Positions 9,064 through 18,988 of a stretch of 64,000 bases of DNA are shown here, one piece after another. Both the position numbers and the translations under genes were made by a program. This stretch comes from Xanthobacteraceae bacterium (GTDB lineage: Bacteria; Pseudomonadota; Alphaproteobacteria; Rhizobiales; Xanthobacteraceae): NCBI GenBank assembly GCA_023954195.1, contig JAMLIK010000001.1:1226628-1290627 (forward strand). The letters run 5' to 3'. The notes beneath the pieces are model-generated. The model saw only the letters and a program-made list of their open reading frames with translations, was not told where the DNA came from and did not search any database. Every line of letters begins with the position of its first letter. Positions within the stretch are counted from its first letter, which is position 1.

Positions 9064-10686
9064 GTGCCCCGAAAGAAATCCGAAAGCCGCGCCGCCACCA
9101 CCGTCAAGCAGGCCACGTTCGAACTGCTGCGCGGCTTCGGCATCAGCCGCGTGTTCGGCAATCCCGGCTCGACCGAGTTGCCGTTCCTCAGCGACTGGCC
9201 GGACGACATCGACTACGTGCTTGGCCTGCATGAAGCCTCGGTGGTGGGCATGGCCGACGGCTATGCGCAGGCGACGCGCAACGCCGCCTTCGTCAACCTG
9301 CATTCGGCGGCCGGCGTCGGCAACGCGCTCGGCAACATCTACACCGCGCACCGCAACCAGACGCCGATGGTCATCACCGCCGGCCAGCAGGCCCGCAGCA
9401 TCCTGCCGCTGCACGCCTTCCTCTATGCGGAGCGCGCCTCGGAATTTCCGCGCCCTTATGTGAAATACAGCGTCGAGCCGGCGCGCGGCGAGGACGTGCC
9501 GGCGTCGATCGCGCGCGCCTACTACGTCGCGATGCAGCCGCCGTGCGGGCCGACCTTCGTCTCGATTCCGATCGACGACTGGACCAAGCCGGCCGAGCCG
9601 GTCGCGGTCCGGCGCGTCACCCGCGAGATCGGGCCCGACATGGCGGAGATCCAAAATCTCGCCGACGCGCTCGCCGCCAGCAAGCGGCCGGCGCTGGTGG
9701 TGGGGCCGGCGGTCGATCGCGCCGCTAGCGTCGACCTGATGATCGAGGTCGCGGAGAAAAGCCGCGCCGCGGTGTGGGTCAGCCCGTTCTCGGCGCGCTG
9801 TAGCTTCCCGGAGCGGCATCCGCAGTTCGCCGGCTTCCTGCATGCTTCCCCCGCGCAACTCTCCGACGCCTTGCGCGATCACGATCTCGTCGTGGTAATC
9901 GGCGCGCCGGTCTTCACCTTCCACGTCGAGGGCCATGCCGCGATCTTCGACGGCGGCGCGACGATCTTTCAGATCACCGACGATCCGACCGCCGCCTCGG
10001 TCGCGCCGCTCGGCACCAGCATCATCGCCACCATGCGCCCGGCGCTGACGATGCTGCGTGACACGCTGGCGGCGAGCAAGCGGCCGCTTCCCGCCGGCCG
10101 CGTCTTGCCCCCCGCGCCGAAACCCGCCGATCCGATCCCGGTCGAATACCTGATGCACGCGCTGGCGGTGACAATGCCGAAAGGCGCGGCGCTCGCGGAG
10201 GAGGTCCCCTCGCATCGCCCGACCATGCAGAAATTCCTGCCGATGCCGGGACAGGACAGCTTCTACACCATGTCGAGCGGCGGCCTGGGCCACGCGCTGC
10301 CCGCCTCCGTCGGCCTCGCCTTCGGCCGGCTCAAGCGCCGCACCGTGTGCCTGATCGGCGACGGCTCGGCGATGTACTCGTTGCAGGCGCTGTGGACCGC
10401 CGTTCAGCGCCGGTTGCCGCTCACCGTCGTCGTCATCAACAATTCCGGCTACGGCGCGATGCGTTCGTTCAGCCAGGTGATGCAGGTGCGCAAGGTGCCG
10501 GGGCTCGACCTGCCCGGCCTCGATTTCGTCCGCCTCGCCGAGGGCATGGGCTGCGCGGCCACGCGGGTCGAGACATCGGCGGAACTGATGCCGGCGCTGA
10601 AACGCGCCTTCACGCAATCTGGAACCAACCTGATCGAGGTGATCGTGGATTCCGCGGTCCCGATCCTATATGGACAGAAGCACTGA
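9064..10686 (+). CDS. Benzoylformate decarboxylase-like TPP enzyme
   Basis: 540 aa with GTG start after GAAGGA. Colinear by eye with Pseudomonas putida MdlC (TFELLRGFGISRVFGNPGSTELPFL...GLHEASVVGMADGYAQA...LHSAAGVGNALG; GDGSAMYS...NN). Confidence 0.75.
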   Translation: MPRKKSESRAATTVKQATFELLRGFGISRVFGNPGSTELPFLSDWPDDIDYVLGLHEASVVGMADGYAQATRNAAFVNLHSAAGVGNALGNIYTAHRNQTPMVITAGQQARSILPLHAFLYAERASEFPRPYVKYSVEPARGEDVPASIARAYYVAMQPPCGPTFVSIPIDDWTKPAEPVAVRRVTREIGPDMAEIQNLADALAASKRPALVVGPAVDRAASVDLMIEVAEKSRAAVWVSPFSARCSFPERHPQFAGFLHASPAQLSDALRDHDLVVVIGAPVFTFHVEGHAAIFDGGATIFQITDDPTAASVAPLGTSIIATMRPALTMLRDTLAASKRPLPAGRVLPPAPKPADPIPVEYLMHALAVTMPKGAALAEEVPSHRPTMQKFLPMPGQDSFYTMSSGGLGHALPASVGLAFGRLKRRTVCLIGDGSAMYSLQALWTAVQRRLPLTVVVINNSGYGAMRSFSQVMQVRKVPGLDLPGLDFVRLAEGMGCAATRVETSAELMPALKRAFTQSGTNLIEVIVDSAVPILYGQKH

Positions 10687-10778
10687 AGCGCAGTCCGGAA
10701 CCCTACGTTTCGCGCCTTTCGCCCCGCACGGATCGCGACCCGGATGATGCGACTGGACCGTCCGCACGCCGGGAGCAC

Positions 10779-13097
10779 ATGATGACCGCCACCAACCTGA
10801 AATCCGCAACGCCGCGCTCGCACAGTTCGCATTACGGCGCGTTCTCGACCGCATGGGTCGACGACCGGCTGGTCATCACGCCGCACCCGAAAGACCCGCA
10901 CCCCAACCGCATCATCCAGAACTTCTCCGACGCGCTGCGCCACAAGGCGCGGGTCAAGCGGCCGATGGTGCGGCGCGGCTGGCTGGAGAACGGCCCCGGC
11001 AAGGACGAAAGGCGCGGCCGCGATGAGTTCGTGGCGCTGCCATGGGACGAGGTGCTCGACCGCCTTGCCGCGGAACTGGTGCGCGTGCGCGACACCCACG
11101 GCCCCGAGGCGATCTACGGCGGCTCGTACGGCTGGGCCAGCGCCGGGCGCTTTCACCACGCCCAGAGCCAGATGCACCGCTTCCTCAACATCGCCATGGG
11201 CGGCTATGTCCGCTCGGTCAACACCTACAGTTCCGGCGCCGCGTCGGTGATCCTGCCGCATGTGCTCGGCGGCTACGACGACATGTCCCGCCGCAACGTG
11301 AGCTGGGAGGACATCGCCGCGCAGACCGATGTGCTGCTCGCCTTCGGCGGCATGGCGCTGAAGAACTCCAGCATCGCCTCCGGCGGCGTCAGCCGGCACA
11401 CCGAGCGCGATCACATGCGCGCGGCGCACGCGCGCGGCGCACGGTTCGTGCTCATCAGCCCGATCAACGACGATCTGCCGCCGGAGATCGAGGCCGAATG
11501 GCTGGCGCTGCGGCCCGGCACCGACACCGCCCTGATGCTCGGCATCGCCCATACGCTGGTCGTCAACGGCTGGCACGACCGCGCGTTCCTGGCGAGCCAT
11601 TGCACCGGCTGGCCGCAGTTCGAGGACTATCTCATGGGCCGCGCCGACGGCGTCGCCAAGGACGCGGCGTGGGCGGCGGCGATCAGCGGCATTGCGGCGC
11701 GCGAGATCGAGCGGCAGGCGGGGCTCTTGCCCGGCAAGCGCGTGCTGGTGGTGGTGTCGCACTCGCTGCAACGCGCCGAGCACGGCGAGCAGCCGGTGTG
11801 GATGGCGGCGGTGCTCGGCGCCATGCTCGGCCAGCTCGGCCTGCCCGGCGGCGGCTACAACTACGCGCTCGGCGCCATCGCCAATTACGGGCGCACCTTC
11901 AACGCGGTGCCGGTCGCGGCCTTCCCGCAGGGCGTCAATCCGGTGAAGGCGTTCATCCCGGTCGCGCGCATCAGTGACATGCTGCTCAACCCCGGCGCAC
12001 CGTTCGATTACGACGGCCAGCGCCTGACCTATCCTGACATCAGGCTGGTGTACTGGGCCGGCGGCAATCCGTTCCATCATCATCAGGACCTCAACCGGCT
12101 GCGGCGGGCGGTCGCCAATATCGACACCTTCGTGGTGCACGAGATCGGCTGGACCGCGACCGCGCGCCACGCCGACATCGTGCTGCCCTCGACCATGACG
12201 CTGGAGCGCAACGACATCGGCGCGACGCAGGTCGACCCGCTGATGGTGGCGATGAAGCAGGCCGCCGAGCCTTACGGCGAGGCGCGCGACGACTACGCGA
12301 TCTTCTCAGGCTTGGCCGAGCGCGCCGGCCATGGCGACGCCTTCACCGAGGGCCGCACGCCGGAGCAGTGGCTGCGCCATCTCTACCGCACCACGCAGGA
12401 GGCGCTGGCGAAGAAGGGCTTGGAGGCACCGGACTTCGAGACGTTCTGGGAGCGCGGCGAACTGCTGCTGCCGCAACTGATCCATGACGGCGGGCCGCTG
12501 CGCGCCTTCCGCGACGACCCCGAGGGCAGGCCGTTGTCGACACCGTCCGGCAAGGTCGAGATTTTTTCGGAGACCATCGCCGGCTTCAACTACGCCGATT
12601 GTCCCGGTCATCCGGCGTGGATTCCGCCGGTCGATATCGTTGACGAGAAACACCCGCTGCAACTGGTCGCCAACCAGCCGGCGACGCGGCTGCACAGCCA
12701 ATTCGACTTCGGCGGCCATTCGACCGAGATGAAGCATCGCGGCCGCGAGGTGGGGCGGATGCACCCGCGCGACGCGGCGGCGCGCGGCATCGCGGACGGC
12801 GACATCATCCGGCTGTTCAACGAACGCGGCGCCTGCCTCGCGGCGGTGCGGCTCAGCGAGCAGGTGCGCGAAGGCGTCGTGCAGTTGCCGACAGGGGCGT
12901 GGTACGATCCGCAGGACCCGGACGAGGACAAGCCGCTCTGCGTCCACGGCAATCCCAACGTGCTGACGCGCGACGTCGGCACCTCAAGCCTGGCGCAAGG
13001 CTGCTGCGGGCAATTGACCACGGTGCAGGTGGAACGCTTCACCGGCAACCTGCCGCCGATCCGAGCCTTCGACCCGCCGGACGAGACGGAGCGCTGA
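10779..13097 (+). CDS. Cytoplasmic DMSO-reductase-family molybdoenzyme (biotin-sulfoxide / TMAO reductase BisC/TorZ-like)
   Basis: ATG-ATG at 10779/10782 after GGGAG. N-terminus MMTATNLKSATPRSHSSHYGAF has no twin-arginine signal. About 770 aa of molybdopterin oxidoreductase pattern. The track ORF from 10347 overlaps the upstream gene. Confidence 0.75.
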   Translation: MMTATNLKSATPRSHSSHYGAFSTAWVDDRLVITPHPKDPHPNRIIQNFSDALRHKARVKRPMVRRGWLENGPGKDERRGRDEFVALPWDEVLDRLAAELVRVRDTHGPEAIYGGSYGWASAGRFHHAQSQMHRFLNIAMGGYVRSVNTYSSGAASVILPHVLGGYDDMSRRNVSWEDIAAQTDVLLAFGGMALKNSSIASGGVSRHTERDHMRAAHARGARFVLISPINDDLPPEIEAEWLALRPGTDTALMLGIAHTLVVNGWHDRAFLASHCTGWPQFEDYLMGRADGVAKDAAWAAAISGIAAREIERQAGLLPGKRVLVVVSHSLQRAEHGEQPVWMAAVLGAMLGQLGLPGGGYNYALGAIANYGRTFNAVPVAAFPQGVNPVKAFIPVARISDMLLNPGAPFDYDGQRLTYPDIRLVYWAGGNPFHHHQDLNRLRRAVANIDTFVVHEIGWTATARHADIVLPSTMTLERNDIGATQVDPLMVAMKQAAEPYGEARDDYAIFSGLAERAGHGDAFTEGRTPEQWLRHLYRTTQEALAKKGLEAPDFETFWERGELLLPQLIHDGGPLRAFRDDPEGRPLSTPSGKVEIFSETIAGFNYADCPGHPAWIPPVDIVDEKHPLQLVANQPATRLHSQFDFGGHSTEMKHRGREVGRMHPRDAAARGIADGDIIRLFNERGACLAAVRLSEQVREGVVQLPTGAWYDPQDPDEDKPLCVHGNPNVLTRDVGTSSLAQGCCGQLTTVQVERFTGNLPPIRAFDPPDETER

Positions 13098-13123
13098 AAT
13101 TCAGAGGTTTCCGTTTTGTCGAA

Positions 13124-13214
13124 ATCATCCGTCGTCATGCCCGGACTTGATCCGGGCATCCATCCTCTTGAAAAATGATGGATTGCCGGGTCAAGCCCGG
13201 CAACGACGGATGAT
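13124..13214. repeat. 91-bp MITE-like composite palindrome (two inverted REP hairpins with terminal inverted repeats)
   Basis: ATCATCCGTCG at 13124-13134 is the reverse complement of CGACGGATGAT at 13204-13214. Internal hairpins ATGCCCGGActtgaTCCGGGCAT and ATTGCCGGGtcaagCCCGGCAA. The right end touches the SDR stop codon. Confidence 0.8.
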
Positions 13215-14011
13215 TAGACCCCGCCAAAATCCTCGCGCATCTTCGCCTGGATCTTCGCCATGCCGCCGATCCAGCGGTCGTAATTCTCGGTCTTCTTGCG
13301 CATGTAGCCCAGTACCTGCGGATGCGGCAGGATCAGGAAGGTTTCCTGCCGGATGCCTTCAAGCGCGTCCTGCGCCACCTGCTCCGCGCTCAGATTGCCG
13401 TCGCCGGATTGCGGCCCCTTCGGCAGGCCGCGCAGCATGTTGGTCTCGACGCCCTGCGGACACAGGATCGAGACGCGGATGCCATGCGCCTTGTGGGCGA
13501 TGGCGAGGCTTTCGGCGAAACCGACCGCGGCGTGCTTGGTGGTCGAGTAAGGCGCGCTGCCGACCTGCGACAGCAGCCCCGCCGCCGAGATGGTGTTGAG
13601 GAAATAGCCGCCGCCGCGCGTTTTCATGCGCGGCACCAGATGCCGCGCCGCGTAGACGTGCGCCATCACGTGGATCGCCCAGCTTCGCGCCCACGGCTCG
13701 TCGGAGGCGCCGCCGACGTTCTCCATCATCGGATCGAAGCCACCGCCGATCCCGGCATTGGAGCAGAACAGGCCGATCGGGCCGAACTGCTTCTCGGTGT
13801 CCTCGATCAGGTTACGGATATCCTCCTCCTGCGCCACGTCGCATTTGAACGCCGCGCCGTTCACGGCCCTGGCGACGGTTTCCGCGCCGGCATGATCGAG
13901 ATCGGCCGCCACCACCTTGGCGGCGCCGGCGCGATGGAAGGTTTCGCAGAGAGCCTGGCCGATGCCGGTGGCTCCCCCCGTCACGACAACGACTTTACCG
14001 GCGACATCCAT
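13214..14011 (-). CDS. Short-chain dehydrogenase/reductase (SDR)
   Basis: ATG at 14011 with GGAG 7 nt upstream; the track start at 14029 is TTG. Rossmann motif VVVVTGGATGIG and catalytic YSTTKHA. Confidence 0.85.
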   Translation of the reverse strand: MDVAGKVVVVTGGATGIGQALCETFHRAGAAKVVAADLDHAGAETVARAVNGAAFKCDVAQEEDIRNLIEDTEKQFGPIGLFCSNAGIGGGFDPMMENVGGASDEPWARSWAIHVMAHVYAARHLVPRMKTRGGGYFLNTISAAGLLSQVGSAPYSTTKHAAVGFAESLAIAHKAHGIRVSILCPQGVETNMLRGLPKGPQSGDGNLSAEQVAQDALEGIRQETFLILPHPQVLGYMRKKTENYDRWIGGMAKIQAKMREDFGGV

Positions 14012-14033
14012 GGCGGCGCTCCATTGCAAACGG

Positions 14034-14729
14034 TCAGGTCAGGACGATAAGATCCAGCACAGCCGTATAATGACACGCCGCACCAAGCAAGACGAAGCCG
14101 TGCCAGATCGCGTTCTGGAAGCGCAATCGCCGCCAAGTGTGGAAGACGACGCCGAACGTATAGAGCGCGCCTCCGGCCACCACGAACCGCAGGGTGAAAG
14201 CCGGGAGCGCGGTGAACACCGCGTCATAGGCAGCGAGCCCGCTCCAGCCCAGCGCCAGATACAGCACGATCGACAGCCGGTCGAAGCAGCCCGGCAAGAA
14301 CAGCTTCAGGGCGACGCCGACAATGGCGACGCCCCACACGCCGGAAAGCAACGACAGCGCCGTCGCGCGGTCACCGATCCGCATCATGAACGGCGTGTAG
14401 GTCGCGGCGATCAGCAGATAGATCGCCGCGTGATCGAAGCGGCGCAGCCACCATTTGCGCGGCGACACCGGCCACATGTTGTAGGCGGCGGAGAAGCCCA
14501 GCATGGCGAGCAGCCCCGCCGCATAGATCGACACCGAGACGATCTGCGGCGTCGCGGCGAACACCCCCGTCAGGACGATCAGAACCGTCGCCGCGATCAG
14601 GCCAGAACCGACGCCGACGCCGTGAACGACACCGTCGGCGATGATCTCGGCGCGGTCGTAGTTCCAGCGCACCGCCCCCACCGCGGCGGCGGAATGGGAG
14701 GCAAGCTGCTTCAACTGAAAGATCGTCAT
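14034..14729 (-). CDS. Hemolysin III / PAQR family membrane protein
   Basis: ATG at 14729. Seven hydrophobic segments and family motifs (AAYNMWP...FDHAAIYLLIAATYTPF...HGFVLLGAACHY). Confidence 0.8.
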   Translation of the reverse strand: MTIFQLKQLASHSAAAVGAVRWNYDRAEIIADGVVHGVGVGSGLIAATVLIVLTGVFAATPQIVSVSIYAAGLLAMLGFSAAYNMWPVSPRKWWLRRFDHAAIYLLIAATYTPFMMRIGDRATALSLLSGVWGVAIVGVALKLFLPGCFDRLSIVLYLALGWSGLAAYDAVFTALPAFTLRFVVAGGALYTFGVVFHTWRRLRFQNAIWHGFVLLGAACHYTAVLDLIVLT

Positions 14730-14878
14730 CCGACACCCGACACACGTGACGCCCTGCCTGGCCGGAAAATGGGTCGGAAACATGGACCCATGCCCGAAAC
14801 TTGATTTTGTCCCCGCGATCGCCATCTTCGCAACAACGCATCATTCCGCCTCTCCCGATCGGATCGTTCGACCCGCTT

Positions 14879-16348
14879 ATGGCTTCCGGTTTTTCCGACA
14901 TCATCGAGGAAGCCCGCCTGTCGGCGCAGGCGCTGCTGGAATATGGCGGCTATCTGTTCAACCCGACCATCCGGCTCGGCGTCACCGGCCTGTCGCGTGC
15001 CGGCAAGACCGTGTTCATCACCGCGCTGGTCCACAGCCTGTTGCGCGGTGGTCGCTTTCCGGTGTTCGAGCCGTTGTCCGGCGGGCGCATCGCTCGGGGC
15101 GAACTCGAACCGCAGCCCGACGACGCGGTGCCGCGCTTCAATTACGAAAGCCACGTCCATACCCTGATCGAGGAACGGCGCTGGCCGGAGTCGACCTCCG
15201 ACATCAGCGAGTTGCGGCTCGCGCTGTCCTACCAGCGGCACAACGGCGCGGAGCGCAGGCTCACCATCGACATCGTCGACTATCCCGGCGAATGGCTGCT
15301 GGACCTGCCGCTGCTCGACAAGAGCTATGAGCAATGGTCGGCGGCAAGCCTGGCGCTGTCGCGGCAGGGTCCGCGCCCGGCGCTTGCGGCCGCGTGGCAC
15401 GCGCATCTCGCAACGCTCGACCCGAACGGCCGCGAGGACGAGCAGGCGACGCTTGCGGCCGCGAAACTGTTCACCGACTACCTGCGCGCCTGCCGCGACG
15501 AACGCTTCGCCATGAGCCTGCTGCCGCCGGGCCGCTTTCTGATGCCGGGCAGCCTCAAGGGCTCGCCGGCCCTGACCTTCGCGCCGCTGGACCTGCCGGC
15601 GGACGGCGTCGCGCCCGCCCATTCGCTGTGGGCGATGATGCGGCGGCGCTACGAGTCCTACAAATCGATCGTGGTGCGGCCGTTCTTCCGCGATCACTTC
15701 GCCCGGCTCGACCGCCAGATCGTGCTGGTGGACGCGCTGGCCGCGTTCAACGCCGGCCCCGCCGCGCTGCGCGACCTCGAAGCGGCGCTCGCCGGCATTC
15801 TCGATTGCTTCAACGTCGGCCGCGACAGCTTGTGGAGCGCGCTGTTCCGGCCACGCATCGACCGCATCCTGTTCGCCGCCACCAAGGCCGATCATCTGCA
15901 TCGCTCCAGCCACGACCGGCTTGAAGCAATCCTGCGGCGAATGCTGGACCGCGCCGCCACCCGCGCGCAGCTCGCCGGCGCGACCATCGACGTGGTGGCG
16001 CTGGCGGCGGTGCGCGCCACGCGTGAAGCCGAGGTGCAGCGCGGCCGCGAGCGGCTGCCCTCGATCCTCGGCACGCCGATCAAGGGCGAACAGGCCGGCG
16101 GCGAGATTTTTGACGGCGAAACCGAGGTCGCAACCTTTCCCGGCGACCTGCCGACCGATCTCGACAACCTGTTCACCGACCGGCCATCGTTCCGTGGCCT
16201 CACCGCCGCCGCGCCCGAGCAGACCGATTACCGCTTCCTCCGGTTCCGGCCGCCGCTGTTGCAACATGCCCCTGGCGAAACCCCCGCGCTGCCCCATATC
16301 CGCCTCGACCACGCCCTCCAATTCCTGATCGGAGACAGGCTGCAATGA
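14879..16348 (+). CDS. ycjX: YcjX-like P-loop NTPase (DUF463)
   Basis: ATG at 14879. Walker A in RLGVTGLSRAGKTVFITAL, length about 489 aa. Translationally coupled (ATGA) to the following YcjF-like gene. Confidence 0.8.
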   Translation: MASGFSDIIEEARLSAQALLEYGGYLFNPTIRLGVTGLSRAGKTVFITALVHSLLRGGRFPVFEPLSGGRIARGELEPQPDDAVPRFNYESHVHTLIEERRWPESTSDISELRLALSYQRHNGAERRLTIDIVDYPGEWLLDLPLLDKSYEQWSAASLALSRQGPRPALAAAWHAHLATLDPNGREDEQATLAAAKLFTDYLRACRDERFAMSLLPPGRFLMPGSLKGSPALTFAPLDLPADGVAPAHSLWAMMRRRYESYKSIVVRPFFRDHFARLDRQIVLVDALAAFNAGPAALRDLEAALAGILDCFNVGRDSLWSALFRPRIDRILFAATKADHLHRSSHDRLEAILRRMLDRAATRAQLAGATIDVVALAAVRATREAEVQRGRERLPSILGTPIKGEQAGGEIFDGETEVATFPGDLPTDLDNLFTDRPSFRGLTAAAPEQTDYRFLRFRPPLLQHAPGETPALPHIRLDHALQFLIGDRLQ

Positions 16349-17418
16349 GCGAGCAAGCGCAACCGCGCCGCCCCGCCGCTTTCCGGCTCGACGATCCGCG
16401 CGTCGTGGTCAGCGATGGCGACGGCGATGCCGGCCTGTTCGCGCGCGGCGCGATCCGCGTCACGCCGGACCCGGATCCCGCGCTGCTGCCGGTTGTATTG
16501 GACGAAACGCCGCGACCCGTGAGGCGACGATCCTGGTGGGGCACGCTGTTCTGGAGCGCCGCCGGCGGATTGCTGCTGCTCGCGACCGGCCTCGGGGTCG
16601 CCAACCTGATCGAGGATCTGTTCGTCCGCAACGAGGGGCTCGGCTTCCTCGGCGCGGCGCTGGCCGCAGCTGCACTGCTGGGGCTGATCGTCATCGTCGC
16701 CCGCGAGGCGTTGGGGTTGGCACGGCTTGCGACCATCGAGAAGCTGCACGAGCGCGCCGCCGCGACCATGGCCAGCGACAACCGCACCGAGGCCGACGCC
16801 ATCGTCCGCGACCTGCTGAAATTGACGCATGGCAACCCGGCGCTGGCGCGCGCCCGCGCCACGCTGACCGGCCATCGCGGTGACATTATCGACGGCGCCG
16901 ACATGCTGAAACTCGCCGAGCGCGAACTGATGACCCCGCTCGACCGCGAGGCGCGGCGGCTGGTGTCGGTGGCGGCGCAGCGCGTCTCCATCGTCACCGC
17001 GATCAGCCCGCGCGCGCTAATCGACGTCGCCTTCGTGCTGGCCGCCGCGTTGCGGCTGGTGCGGCAACTGGCGCTGCTCTACGGCGGCCGTCCCGGCACG
17101 CTCGGCATGATCCGGCTGATGCGCCACACCGTCGCGCACCTCGCCATCACCGGCGGCATGGCGGCGAGCGACAGCCTGGTCCAGCAAATGCTGGGACACG
17201 GCGTGGCGGCGAAACTCTCCCACCGGCTCGGCGAAGGCATCCTCAACGGCCTGCTCACCGCGCGGCTCGGGCTCGCCGCCATCGACGTGACGCGGCCGCT
17301 GCCGTTCAACGCGCTGCCGCGCCCGGTGCTCAGTGATCTCGCCAGGGATCTGTTGGCCAAGCGCGACGCGACCGCGCCGGCTCCATCGAGCGAGCCGTCA
17401 CGGATCAGCGCGCCTTGA
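16345..17418 (+). CDS. ycjF: YcjF-like membrane protein (UPF0283/DUF697)
   Basis: 357 aa. Start overlaps the ycjX stop. Central hydrophobic hairpin (WWGTLFWSAAGGLLLLATGLGV...LGAALAAAALLGLIVIV) and conserved pairing with YcjX. Confidence 0.75.
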   Translation: MSEQAQPRRPAAFRLDDPRVVVSDGDGDAGLFARGAIRVTPDPDPALLPVVLDETPRPVRRRSWWGTLFWSAAGGLLLLATGLGVANLIEDLFVRNEGLGFLGAALAAAALLGLIVIVAREALGLARLATIEKLHERAAATMASDNRTEADAIVRDLLKLTHGNPALARARATLTGHRGDIIDGADMLKLAERELMTPLDREARRLVSVAAQRVSIVTAISPRALIDVAFVLAAALRLVRQLALLYGGRPGTLGMIRLMRHTVAHLAITGGMAASDSLVQQMLGHGVAAKLSHRLGEGILNGLLTARLGLAAIDVTRPLPFNALPRPVLSDLARDLLAKRDATAPAPSSEPSRISAP

Positions 17419-18988
17419 CGCCGCCGTCCGCCAGCGGATGCACCCGATCGAGCGGCGAGCCGGGCGGCGGCGACAGCTCCGGGGTCCATCCGGTCAGCGT
17501 GCCGATTGCGTAGGTGTCCATCGCAATGCCGCGCCAACTGCGGACCACCTCCGTCAACGGCGTGCGTTTCGCCGCAATCAGCGCCCACAGCGGATTGGCT
17601 TCATCGGATTTGCGCACCACGTAGAGCCCGGCATGGCCGCGAATCCGATCCATGCCGGGATCGTTGAAATCCATGAAGCGCGCGCGTTCGTTGATCTGGA
17701 TCACCGGCACGCGGTCCCGCAATTCCCAGCGCAGCATCGCGTAAGTGCGATAATCCATGGTCGCGATCCAGCTTGCGCCGCTGGCCGTCATCTCGGCCTC
17801 GGCGCGCGCGGCAAGCTGTTCGTAGCCTGCTTCCGCGCCGCCGGGGTCGAGCCGGCCGAGCCACGGCTTGTCGCTCGCCACATAGTAGAAAAACGTCGCC
17901 ACCACGATACTGATGCCGGACACCACCGCCACCGCCGCCCACGTCGCGGTCGATTTCGCCAGCCGCGACCGATGCACACGCATCCACCACAGGTTGACGG
18001 CGACGGCGGCGAAGCCGATCGGCCAGATGAACATCGGCCAGGTGTCGCCGATGCGCAGCCTGAGCGAGCGCCACAGGAAATAGCCGAACGGCAGCGCCAC
18101 GGCGCTCGACAGCAGCACCGCCACGCCGTCGCGGCGCTTGAAGCCGCGCCATAGCACGAAGCCGACGCCGGACAGCGTCACCGGCAGCAGCACCGGGCCG
18201 ACCAGCGCGAACTGCAAGCCGAGAAACTCGCCGAAGCGCGCCAGCGACAGCGGCGGCGCGACGGACGCGCGCACGAACTGGAACCGGAACGAGGCCCAGT
18301 CATGCGCCGCGTTCCAGACCAGCACCGGCGAAAACACCGCCAGCGCGATCAGCGCCGCCAGCCACGGATATGGACTGGCGAGCCAACGCCGCCGCCAGTC
18401 CGGCACCACGACGAAGGCGGCGACCGCCGGCAGCAGCAGCAGCGCGGTGAGTTTCGACAACAGCGCCAGCCCGCCGAACATCCCCGCCAACAGCCACCAG
18501 CGGCCGTCGCCGGTTTCCGCGACGCGGACGAGCGACCACACCATGGCGAGCGCGAACGGGATCAGGGCGGTGTCGGGCGCGACCTTGGCCATCAGCAATC
18601 CGTAGTAGACGGCGGCTTCCGGCAGCAGCACCGCCAGCGCTACCGCCCGCCAATCGCGGGTGAGCCGGCGGACGATGTCGGCGAGCAGAAGCTGCGTCAC
18701 CGCCATCGCGACGATACCGCCGAGCCGGACGCCCAGCGTGGTGTCGCCGAGGATCGAAGTGCCGAAACGGATGAACCAGGCGATCATCGGCGGATGATCG
18801 AGGAACGACAGCGCGTTCTCCCGCGACCAGGTCCAGTAATAGGCTTCATCGGTGCGCAGATCGATGACGCTGGCGTAGATCAGCCGCAACGCCGTCATCA
18901 GCGCGATCACCGCCAGCACGCCGCCGAGCCGGCGGCGGCTGACGGCCGGCACGGACGGGCGGTGGTGATCGGGGACAGCGGCGGTCAT
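17405..18988 (-). CDS. Family 39 glycosyltransferase (ArnT / PMT-like, polytopic membrane)
   Basis: 527 aa. N-terminal DLRTDEAYYWTWSRENALSFLDHPPMIAW (GT39 DE-motif region) and many transmembrane segments. The 3' end overlaps ycjF convergently by 14 nt. Confidence 0.75.
   Translation of the reverse strand: MTAAVPDHHRPSVPAVSRRRLGGVLAVIALMTALRLIYASVIDLRTDEAYYWTWSRENALSFLDHPPMIAWFIRFGTSILGDTTLGVRLGGIVAMAVTQLLLADIVRRLTRDWRAVALAVLLPEAAVYYGLLMAKVAPDTALIPFALAMVWSLVRVAETGDGRWWLLAGMFGGLALLSKLTALLLLPAVAAFVVVPDWRRRWLASPYPWLAALIALAVFSPVLVWNAAHDWASFRFQFVRASVAPPLSLARFGEFLGLQFALVGPVLLPVTLSGVGFVLWRGFKRRDGVAVLLSSAVALPFGYFLWRSLRLRIGDTWPMFIWPIGFAAVAVNLWWMRVHRSRLAKSTATWAAVAVVSGISIVVATFFYYVASDKPWLGRLDPGGAEAGYEQLAARAEAEMTASGASWIATMDYRTYAMLRWELRDRVPVIQINERARFMDFNDPGMDRIRGHAGLYVVRKSDEANPLWALIAAKRTPLTEVVRSWRGIAMDTYAIGTLTGWTPELSPPPGSPLDRVHPLADGGVKAR

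Noticed and set aside
13145-13160. FNR/FixK-like half-site TTGATCCGGGCATCC.
   Set aside because: It lies in the loop and stem of a REP hairpin between convergent genes. The right half-site is missing.
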